From an uncultured Bacilli bacterium (GTDB taxonomy: Bacteria; Bacillota_I; Bacilli_A; RF39; UBA660): a stretch of DNA of 64,000 bases. Positions 10,001 to 16,635 of this stretch are shown in pieces (within the stretch, counting starts at the first letter, position 1; every line of letters begins with the position of its first letter). The translations under genes were made by a program, and so were the position numbers. The stretch lies in contig CANRCE010000002.1 of assembly GCA_947629035.1 (NCBI GenBank), positions 251 to 64,250 on the forward strand. The letters are read 5' to 3'. Below the pieces are notes generated by a model. It was given only the letters and a program-made list of their open reading frames with translations. It searched no databases and was not told the origin of the DNA.

Positions 10001-11419
10001 AATGGCTATGGAGGCGCTGGTGGAGGTGGCTGGTATGGTGGAAGTGGAAACGTACCAGATAGCTCTAGTGATAACGATAGAGGAGGAGGTGGAGGTTCAG
10101 GCTTTGTCTACACCAGTACAACCCCATCAACAACACTACCATCAGGCTATAAATTAACAGATAAATATCAACTTACTAGTGCAGCTACCATCGGAGGATA
10201 TAAAAGTTTTAATTCTCCATCGGGTTCACAAGAAACAGGACATACAGGAAATGGATATGTAAGAATAACCAAAGATAAATTAACAGTAAATGTATCAGTA
10301 TCACCTAGTGATAGTGCAAACATAACTGGAGATAGTAGTAAAATTACACATCATGGAGAAAATATAGAATTTATTATAACCCCCAAAGAAGGTTATAAAT
10401 ATTTTATGGCAGAAGGATGTACTTATGATGAAAATACAAATACTGCTACAGTATCAAATGTAACACAAGATACTACCTGTATAGTGAGATTCAGAGGAAA
10501 AACTAATATAGATACAATATTTGATAAATGTCAGACTGGAGGATGGAAAGATAATACAGAACCTGGTTTATACGAAGATGGAAATGGAAATTGTAGATAT
10601 GTTGGAGCTGGTCCTAATAATTGGATAAAATTTAATGATGATATGTATCAGATAATTGGAATTTTTAATGAAAATACACACGGTAAAAAAGGAGAGTACT
10701 TACTAAAATTAATTTATCCAGATATACTTATAGCAGCAGCATATGGTGCACATAATATAGATGAAACGAGTGGAACTTACTCAAACTATAGTAGTGATTG
10801 GACAGGATCAAAGCACAGTAGTCCTTCAAGCGCATACCTACTTTTAAATGAATATTTTTATAATGCGGCAGATTCATCAACAAAATATGGGGCATGTGAA
10901 AATTGGACATATTTTAATAATGGGAATGCTGATAAATCAAAAAATTGCGATACAATGGTAGTCTATGGAATAAAAGAAAAATATAGAAATTATATAGAAA
11001 ACACAGCAATATGGTATTTGTATGGACTTTCTTCTACTTATTTCACAAAAAAAGATGTATATCAATGCGAAAGAGGAGGATACAATTGTACAGCACCATA
11101 TGAAGCAACTACCCAAGCACCAATAGGTCTTATATATCTAACAGATTATCTATATGCAAGTGGTTATAGCTCAAATACTGCCAGTTTAACAAATTCTGCA
11201 TTTTACTATGAAAATTGGCTATACCAAGGAAGCGTGTGGGTATTATCACCATATAATGTCAATAGTGCAAGTATAACAAGCTTCGATAATAGCTATTTAT
11301 TTTCATCAAATTATCCATATTTTGGAAATGGTCTTCTCCCCACTTTCTATCTAAAATCTGATGTTAAAGTAACTGGAGGAGATGGAACTTTTAATAATCC
11401 ATATACTATCAGTTATTGA
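7034..11419 (+). CDS. giant (1461 aa) secreted multidomain protein: SipW-cognate-type signal peptide, about 7 InlB-B-like Ig repeats, CBM4_9-like module, glycine-rich (PF12810-like) domain, family-specific C-terminal domain
   Basis: N-terminus RRTYILAVAVIGLLAVALYSTYAMFTANVDL resembles TasA/camelysin-type signal peptides. Repeats of about 75 aa share 'TP.DGYEI..V.C....A.F.G.TVTV.NVT.DTTC.I.M..KTYTV'. Residues about 335-520 carry NGSFEDGNANWTLENASVVTAQHSHGSKSLQLNGG (CBM4_9 pattern). Residues about 805-1075 are Gly-rich (YRLEVWGAEGG...GKGGYSYGTVYLEKDTMLYIYAGGSG...VRIGSDDYYSRVIVAGGGG). The last roughly 300 aa are shared with three paralogs. RBS aGGTGAtagcctATG. Codons end in A (gca, gta, aca, ata, gga), unlike host genes. 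Confidence 0.8.
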   Translation: MLKNIRRTYILAVAVIGLLAVALYSTYAMFTANVDLADVSITPNVTLDAKLLEYEQLTIPKNEYKIIELNVANDYNSELHYGAWYEMINPTTTDNVIIAKYSESQDETSGTIGQNITKKIKVIIYNKNNEDITLNIGIGSNIDENLNLGDNRHIIQDTYTVVKANITPDNTGTLNTKEQVILQNSDAIFNVTPNGNYEISNVSCTGDQTASYVGNTVTVANVAKTTTCTITMKEKTYTVNASLNPSEAGQLDKNTQTVTTGQTATFKVTPTDGYEINNVTCTDNNNATFNGATVTVSNVTSDTTCIINMKLKTYTVYISADNSTIKDGTKVNNIVKNGSFEDGNANWTLENASVVTAQHSHGSKSLQLNGGTTPVTPMSKQTLSPKSPVLNHKYYGRLMFLSSADFSTSDNRYEWYSGDGPNKNLVFANKSDKTTSWKLLSNIQWVTENTYLSNDWYIRNFQVNANSNSYVDELMIIDLTDSFGSGNEPKKEWLDNIIPYFETSGSVSSSNVVHGNTTKFTITPDTGYEIDKYSCTNATITASENEYTISGINQNTKCNVTTKKKTYNITTTITPSNGTTVSPSSTTVKHGETSEIFKITPKTGYQVSFVNCTNGEAKLSGTNFTVENVTGNSECTITMELKSYKVSASVSSNGSVTPSSKTVTHGSNATFTVNPNDDYEIDKVTCSNNQNASFSGNTVTVKSVTNETSCTITMKKKTYTVTAQIRPQDAATVSGGNTKTVSHGLSTSFSISPNTDYQYLSVSGTGCSISGTTLNVSSVTEEVTCVVSYFKSLTQDITNLNYTGDVQIYKVTEAGYYRLEVWGAEGGYRSSSIYSGKGGYSYGTVYLEKDTMLYIYAGGSGNSGTCSNSICTGGFNGGGYRHTYKGGGGASDVRIGSDDYYSRVIVAGGGGSDGASTKKGQYGGGETGGSSSEDYSSVRGSGGKGGTQTYSGYSTSYTIETQTTTGLNSSKLENYAGGFGFGGGGVSYRNGYGGAGGGGWYGGSGNVPDSSSDNDRGGGGGSGFVYTSTTPSTTLPSGYKLTDKYQLTSAATIGGYKSFNSPSGSQETGHTGNGYVRITKDKLTVNVSVSPSDSANITGDSSKITHHGENIEFIITPKEGYKYFMAEGCTYDENTNTATVSNVTQDTTCIVRFRGKTNIDTIFDKCQTGGWKDNTEPGLYEDGNGNCRYVGAGPNNWIKFNDDMYQIIGIFNENTHGKKGEYLLKLIYPDILIAAAYGAHNIDETSGTYSNYSSDWTGSKHSSPSSAYLLLNEYFYNAADSSTKYGACENWTYFNNGNADKSKNCDTMVVYGIKEKYRNYIENTAIWYLYGLSSTYFTKKDVYQCERGGYNCTAPYEATTQAPIGLIYLTDYLYASGYSSNTASLTNSAFYYENWLYQGSVWVLSPYNVNSASITSFDNSYLFSSNYPYFGNGLLPTFYLKSDVKVTGGDGTFNNPYTISY
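9444..10270 (+). other. glycine-rich domain-coding segment inside the giant ORF (PF12810-like); source of spurious alternative-frame ORFs
   Basis: GGN/GGA codon runs. Translated motifs LEVWGAEGG, LYIYAGGSG, ASDVRIG, RVIVAGGGGS, GGAGGGGWYGGSG match the bacterial glycine-rich-protein family pattern. ORF-track entries 9747..9950 and 9957..10157 are off-frame artefacts of this region. Confidence 0.6.
10619..10649 (+). repeat. 31-nt block (aattggataaaatttaatgatgatatgtatc) identical in three paralogs (also 11770..11800 and 25797..25827)
   Basis: Identical at nucleotide level inside the conserved C-terminal domain of the giant ORF, the 338-aa paralog and the 486-aa paralog. Encodes NWIKFNDDMY. Confidence 0.85.
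11338..11376 (+). repeat. 39-nt block near the 3' end of the giant ORF, 37/39 identical to 12468..12506 in the next paralog
   Basis: cccactttctatctaaaatctgatgttaaagtaactgg versus cccactttctatctaaaacctgacgttaaagtaactgg. Encodes PTFYLK(S/P)DVKVTGG. Confidence 0.8.
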
Positions 11420-11532
11420 TTTAGTTTAAATAGTGTTTACTTTTAAAGAGAAGATTAGTATCTATTGTTAATGCAATAATTATAAATTATATACAATAAA
11501 AAGTATTAAAAATAGAAAAGAGGTATTAGAAT

Positions 11533-12549
11533 ATGAATAAGAAATCGGTGATAGGTTCTAGTATGATATTAACAACAATAATAGGAATAGTATCAATATA
11601 TATTGGGAATACATATGCAGTAGAAAATGTTAGCGAAAGTGGCTCCTATAACACTTTAGTGGATACAATAATAGGTTTAGCTCCTGAAGAAGTTGGATGG
11701 GAGGCAGGAGCAGAAGGACTATACCAAGATGAAAATGGAGATTATCGATATATTGGAGGTAGTCCAGATAATTGGATAAAATTTAATGATGATATGTATC
11801 GAATAATTGGAATATTTCAAGAAAACACTCATGGTTTAGAAGGCTATCGAGTAAAATTGATTAGAGTAAAACCAATTGGAGCATATGCATATGGAGTTTA
11901 TCTCAAAAATAATTCTACTCGATATCATGGTGTCGACTTGGTTGGAATAAATGATGGTGATCAAAGCACTCCATTAAATTCGTATATATTACTAAATGAA
12001 TATTTTTATAATGCAACAGATGTATCAGAAGATTATGGAAAATGTGAAGATTGGGCATACGTTACAACTAGTAAGACAAAAAATTGTGATACAATAATAG
12101 GATATGGAATAAAAAATGAATACAGAAGTTACATAGAAAACACAGCGACATGGCACTATAATTGGTGTTATACTGATTTAAGTAAACAAGCTTTATATCA
12201 ATGTGAAAGACTTAGTGTTAATATAGATTATAGTACTCAAATGCCAGTTGGAGTAATGTATGCTTCTGATTACGCATACGCAAGTGGATATTTAGCAAGT
12301 TCAGATGCTGTTAATCAAGCGCTACGGGCAGGATCTAATTGGCTTTATATTGGATATGAATGGACAATAACACCAAATTGCTGGTTCCAAACTCTTTTTG
12401 TTAACCCTGGTGGAATGATAAGTTCATGTGATTTTAATTTAGGTTCAGAACATTCTATGCCAATACGTCCCACTTTCTATCTAAAACCTGACGTTAAAGT
12501 AACTGGTGGTACAGGGGCATATGATGATCCATATACTATTAGTATGTAA
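11533..12549 (+). CDS. secreted paralog (338 aa): signal peptide + family C-terminal domain only
   Basis: Signal MNKKSVIGSSMILTTIIGIVSIYIGNTYA|VE. Remainder aligns with the C-terminal 300 aa of the giant ORF (GLYQDENGDYRYIGGSPDNWIKFNDDMYRIIGIF, NTHG, YGKCEDWAY, NCD, QCER, YASGY, NWL, EWTITP, RPTFYLKPDVKVTGG). A-ending codon bias like the giant ORF. Confidence 0.8.
   Translation: MNKKSVIGSSMILTTIIGIVSIYIGNTYAVENVSESGSYNTLVDTIIGLAPEEVGWEAGAEGLYQDENGDYRYIGGSPDNWIKFNDDMYRIIGIFQENTHGLEGYRVKLIRVKPIGAYAYGVYLKNNSTRYHGVDLVGINDGDQSTPLNSYILLNEYFYNATDVSEDYGKCEDWAYVTTSKTKNCDTIIGYGIKNEYRSYIENTATWHYNWCYTDLSKQALYQCERLSVNIDYSTQMPVGVMYASDYAYASGYLASSDAVNQALRAGSNWLYIGYEWTITPNCWFQTLFVNPGGMISSCDFNLGSEHSMPIRPTFYLKPDVKVTGGTGAYDDPYTISM
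11761..11801 (+). repeat. 41-nt block identical to 25788..25828 in the 486-aa paralog
   Basis: agtccagataattggataaaatttaatgatgatatgtatcg is present in both genes. Confidence 0.8.
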
Positions 12550-12573
12550 TAGATATTTAGAATAGATTATTAA

Positions 12574-12625
12574 AAAAGCCTATTAACAAAGTGATTTTAA
12601 AATTTGTTTTGTTAATGGCTTTTTA
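12574..12625. terminator. bidirectional hairpin terminator between the paralog gene (+) and the acyltransferase gene (-)
   Basis: aaaagcctattaacaaa ... tttgttaatggcttttt forms an inverted repeat flanked by A-run and T-run. Confidence 0.5.
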
Positions 12626-12640
12626 ATATTTATTTATTTG

Positions 12641-13675
12641 TTATTTATTATTTTTTTTCTTTATTAATTTGGTTATTATGATGCCTAGGATTAATGATGA
12701 TATACTGACTAAAATATATAGTAGTAGGTTATTGTTTATAAGTAATTCTTTTTTATTGAATAGGCCAAATATAAATCGATATACAACGATAAAGAATGGG
12801 TGTATTATATAGATTATTAATGTTACTTTTTGATAGTTAAATTTTAGATTTTTATGAAAGTCTTTTAGGTAATTAAATAGAAAATACATAAGTGGTGGTA
12901 AGAAGATATACATAGAATCATGTCTTTGTAAATTAAAGTGTTTAAGTATTAATCCTTCGATTATCATTGGTATTAATAGGATAAATATATAGATTATACT
13001 AGTTTTTTTGTCTTCATGTTTTGCTATATAGCCTCCTAGGACTAGGAATATTGGTACATATAGGAAACCATTTTTGGTATAATTAAAAAATAGAAAGATA
13101 AAGTCATAAAAATAATTAATTATTGTTTTATTAATAAGGTAGTAATAGCTGTCTCCGAATAGGGCTATTATATATAATATTATACTTATTATAAAGGTGG
13201 TTTTAAATTTTAATTTTTTATTTAAAAAATATACTAATATTATTCCTATAATAACGTTGGGAAAATACCATAAATGATAAAATAGTCCATTAAATAAGAA
13301 ATCTTTGATAATGGTAAGAATGCTATTTTCTATAAAATAATGGTTGTATATTAGTATGGGTATATATATTATAGTGGCTATAATATATATTTTAAATAGT
13401 TTTATTATGCTTTTTTTAAATGTTTTAAAATCATTTTTATATAGGAAGAAACCTGTTTTCATTATGAAAAATGGAACTCCTACACGGGCAATAATTCTTG
13501 TAAGAATAAAGTCTAAATTTAAATTTATTGTTTCAAGTGGTGATATGTGGTTTGCCATTGATAAAAAGGCTGCAATTAAACCAAATATTGCAAGTTGTGA
13601 ATAAAATTTTTTTTCTTCAATCATAAGTGTACCTCCATCTATAACAATTTTAACAAATAATGAAGAATATAACAA
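12641..13675 (-). CDS. acyltransferase family 3 (OatA-like) integral membrane protein
   Basis: 344 aa, about 10 TM segments. ARVGVPFFIMKTGFFLY resembles the V(D/P)xFFxxSGF motif of acyltransferase_3. HLWYFP motif. Confidence 0.5.
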   Translation of the reverse strand: MLYSSLFVKIVIDGGTLMIEEKKFYSQLAIFGLIAAFLSMANHISPLETINLNLDFILTRIIARVGVPFFIMKTGFFLYKNDFKTFKKSIIKLFKIYIIATIIYIPILIYNHYFIENSILTIIKDFLFNGLFYHLWYFPNVIIGIILVYFLNKKLKFKTTFIISIILYIIALFGDSYYYLINKTIINYFYDFIFLFFNYTKNGFLYVPIFLVLGGYIAKHEDKKTSIIYIFILLIPMIIEGLILKHFNLQRHDSMYIFLPPLMYFLFNYLKDFHKNLKFNYQKVTLIIYIIHPFFIVVYRFIFGLFNKKELLINNNLLLYILVSISSLILGIIITKLIKKKNNK

Positions 13676-13762
13676 TATGTTATTTATAAAATAGTTTTTT
13701 TGTTATTGTAAATGCTAAAAATTTATTTGCTTTTGTAAGTTATATGTGATATAATTTTTATT

Positions 13763-16135
13763 ATGGAGAATAAGGGTGATGTTATGGCTAATGTGTCTAA
13801 TTATTATAAAACAAGTATAGAAAATTGTATAGCTCATAAAGAATGTATGGTAATAGGTAGAAAGTATCGTTTTACTGTTTTAACTGATAGACTTATTAGA
13901 TTACAATATTCACCAAGTGGTATGTTTGAAGATCGCCCAACTTCTAGAGTAATATTTCGTAATTTTGAAAGACCTATATTTACTGTAGAGGAGAGTGCTA
14001 CTTTAATTCAAATAAATACCAAATATTTTACTTTAAATTATGTTAAAGATAGATCTTTTAAAGGGGGAATTTTAACTCCGGCTTCGACTTTAAAAGTAAA
14101 TTTAAAAAATAGTGATAGAGAATGGTATTATAATCATCCAGAAGCTCGTAATTTTGGGACAATTAATTATTCTTTGGATGATTTTAATGGTAATTTAAAA
14201 TTAGATAAAGGTCTATATTCTACAGATGGTTTTTGTGTTATAGATGATTCTGATAGTTTAGTATTAAATGATGCTTTTGAATTTGTAAAAAGAGATCATA
14301 AAGAGATGGATTTATATTTATTTATGTATCGAAGAGATTTTAGTTTATGTCTACAGGATTATTATATGTTAACGGGTTATCCTAGTTTAATACCTAGATA
14401 TGCTTTGGGTAATTGGTGGTATAAGAATGAAAAATATACAAATAATGATATTTATGAAGTAATTGATAATTTTAATAAAAATAAAATACCTTTAAAGGTA
14501 TTGGTTTTAGGTGATTTTTGGCATGATAATTTGACACCTTATATTTTTGATAATACGGTGATTAATGCTGGTGAATTATTAAATTATTTAAATTCTAGAA
14601 ATATTAAATTAGCACTAACAATAAATCCTAGTTTAAAAGTTGATAGTAAAAGTAAATATTATAATAATTTTAGTTCTTTGTTGGAAAATAATAGTTTTGT
14701 TCCTTTTAGTAATAGTTCAATAAATGTTTATTATAATATGATATTAAAGCCTTTATTTGATAGTGGAATTAGTTTAATTAATATTGATTATAATAATCCT
14801 AAAGATAGATTAGGATTATGGCAGTTTAATAATTTACATGTATCTATGCAAGAACAAAAAGGAATAAGGGGTCTTATTTTATCCCGAAATAGTAAAATAG
14901 CTCAACATCGTTATCCGATTGTTTTTAGTGGTAAGACAAGAGTAAGTTGGAATACATTAAATGCTTTACCTAGATATAATTTATCAGCTTCAAATATGGG
15001 AATATCTTGGGTAGCACATGCGATTGGAGGATACTATAAGGGTATTGAGCAAGAAGAGTTATATTTAAGATATATTGAACTTGCTACTTTTTCTCCTATC
15101 TTTTTGTTGGCTAGTGAAAGGGGTAAATATTATAAAAGAGAACCTTGGAAATGGAATGATAAAGTTTTAGAAATAACAAGAGAATATATGCAATTAAGAC
15201 AGAGATTAATTCCTTATATTTATAATGAAGCATATATTTATCATTTGACAGGAGCTCCATTAATTCAAGCTTTTTATTATCAATATCCTAAAATATATGA
15301 TGAACCTTATTATAAAAATCAATATTTCTTTGGAAGATATATGTTTGTAGCGCCGATTACTAAAAAGAAAAATGTTGTTATGAATAGAGTAGTTCAAAGG
15401 TTGTTTGTACCTGATGGTACTTGGTTTGATTTTAAATCTGGTTTGAAATATCCTGGTGGTAAATATTACATGAATTTTTATAAAGATAATGATTATCCTG
15501 TTTTTTGTAAAGCTGGTTCTATTATTCCTCTTGCAATGGATACTTTGGATATTCCAAAGACTATTGAACTTATAATTTTTCCTTTAGATAATAATAGTTA
15601 TGATTTGTATGAGGATGATGGTATTACTAATAGATATACTAATAAAGAGTATTTAATTACTAATTATGAATATAATTATATAAAAGATAATTATACTTTA
15701 AAGATAAGTAAAAAAGAGGGTATTAATTTAATAGATAAACGAAATTATAAAATAAGATTTAAAAATACCAAAAATGTAAGTAATGTAAAAGCTTTAGTAA
15801 ATGGTATAGCAAATCCTGCTAATTGTTATTATGATAATACTGATTTAATTATTGAATTATTAGATATTGATATTAATGCTACTGTAGATATTAATATAAT
15901 GGGTTCTGATATTGAGGTTAGTACTTCTAGATTAATTACTAATGATATAAAAGATGTTATTTATGATTTAGAAATTGAGACAGTTTTAAAAGAAAAAATT
16001 GATGATATATTATTTAGTGATATGTCTATTAAGAAAAAAAGAATTGCTATTAGAAAATTAAAAAAGCAAAAATTAGAACCTAGATTTATTAAGGCTTTTC
16101 TTAATTTGTTAGATTTTATGAATGAAGAAAAATAA
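13763..16135 (+). CDS. glycoside hydrolase family 31-like protein (alpha-glucosidase/alpha-xylosidase fold), possibly non-hydrolytic
   Basis: 790 aa, no signal peptide. GH31 signature-2 region present (VAHAIGGYYKGIEQEELYLRYIELATFSPIFLLASE matches GADIGGF...RW.Q.GAFSPF.R.H). Nucleophile region reads LGDFWHDN. The acid/base WTGD region reads SWNT, so there is no Asp. Confidence 0.6.
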   Translation: MENKGDVMANVSNYYKTSIENCIAHKECMVIGRKYRFTVLTDRLIRLQYSPSGMFEDRPTSRVIFRNFERPIFTVEESATLIQINTKYFTLNYVKDRSFKGGILTPASTLKVNLKNSDREWYYNHPEARNFGTINYSLDDFNGNLKLDKGLYSTDGFCVIDDSDSLVLNDAFEFVKRDHKEMDLYLFMYRRDFSLCLQDYYMLTGYPSLIPRYALGNWWYKNEKYTNNDIYEVIDNFNKNKIPLKVLVLGDFWHDNLTPYIFDNTVINAGELLNYLNSRNIKLALTINPSLKVDSKSKYYNNFSSLLENNSFVPFSNSSINVYYNMILKPLFDSGISLINIDYNNPKDRLGLWQFNNLHVSMQEQKGIRGLILSRNSKIAQHRYPIVFSGKTRVSWNTLNALPRYNLSASNMGISWVAHAIGGYYKGIEQEELYLRYIELATFSPIFLLASERGKYYKREPWKWNDKVLEITREYMQLRQRLIPYIYNEAYIYHLTGAPLIQAFYYQYPKIYDEPYYKNQYFFGRYMFVAPITKKKNVVMNRVVQRLFVPDGTWFDFKSGLKYPGGKYYMNFYKDNDYPVFCKAGSIIPLAMDTLDIPKTIELIIFPLDNNSYDLYEDDGITNRYTNKEYLITNYEYNYIKDNYTLKISKKEGINLIDKRNYKIRFKNTKNVSNVKALVNGIANPANCYYDNTDLIIELLDIDINATVDINIMGSDIEVSTSRLITNDIKDVIYDLEIETVLKEKIDDILFSDMSIKKKRIAIRKLKKQKLEPRFIKAFLNLLDFMNEEK

Positions 16136-16153
16136 ACTAAAAAAATATTATAT

Positions 16154-16187
16154 AAAGCTCTATGTTATGATAAGGAGCTTTTTTTTA
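16154..16187 (+). terminator. rho-independent terminator after the GH31-like gene
   Basis: aaagctc-tatgttatgataag-gagcttttttttt: 7-bp stem followed by a T-run. Confidence 0.6.
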
Positions 16188-16275
16188 GTTTTTCTAATTT
16201 TATTTAATAATTACTTGATAACAATAATATTTTGATGATATAATAAAATATATATTATTAAAAGGGTGATGTGTC

Positions 16276-16635
16276 ATGGAAATAATTAAACTGGTATTAG
16301 AATATGTTATTGTTTTTTTAATTGTTTTTTTATTGCAATATTTTTTATATGCTAGAAAAAATAAAAAATATAATAAAAATAAAATTCCTGTTGAATTATT
16401 TTATTTAATGACTATTTATAAAGTAGATCCTAAAAAAATAAATTATAAAAGGTTTGTAAAACTTTATTGTTTTACTAATACTTTTATTATAGCAACAATA
16501 TATATGATTGTTATGTATTTAATTAATTCTTGGATTTTAAAAGTAATTATTGGAGTTATTTTACTTATATTGCTTACAATAATATGTTATGGTATAATAG
16601 GTAGATATTACAAGAGGAGGAATAAAGATGTATAA
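16276..16635 (+). CDS. small integral membrane protein (3 TM), overlapping the leuS start
   Basis: 119 aa with basic loops (ARKNKKYNKNK, GRYYKRRNKDV). RBS aaaGGGTGAtgtgtcATG. Its stop overlaps the leuS ATG by 8 nt, which suggests co-transcription. Confidence 0.45.
   Translation: MEIIKLVLEYVIVFLIVFLLQYFLYARKNKKYNKNKIPVELFYLMTIYKVDPKKINYKRFVKLYCFTNTFIIATIYMIVMYLINSWILKVIIGVILLILLTIICYGIIGRYYKRRNKDV

Noticed and set aside
9747-10157. Two + strand ORFs (67 and 66 aa) inside the giant gene
   Set aside because: Off-frame readings of the glycine-rich GGN codon runs (Glu/Val-rich nonsense). The main frame is continuous and homologous to the glycine-rich protein family.
13344-13604. 86-aa + strand ORF inside the acyltransferase gene
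   Set aside because: Antisense to a polytopic membrane protein ORF. An AT-rich sequence yields Ile/Phe-rich artefact ORFs.
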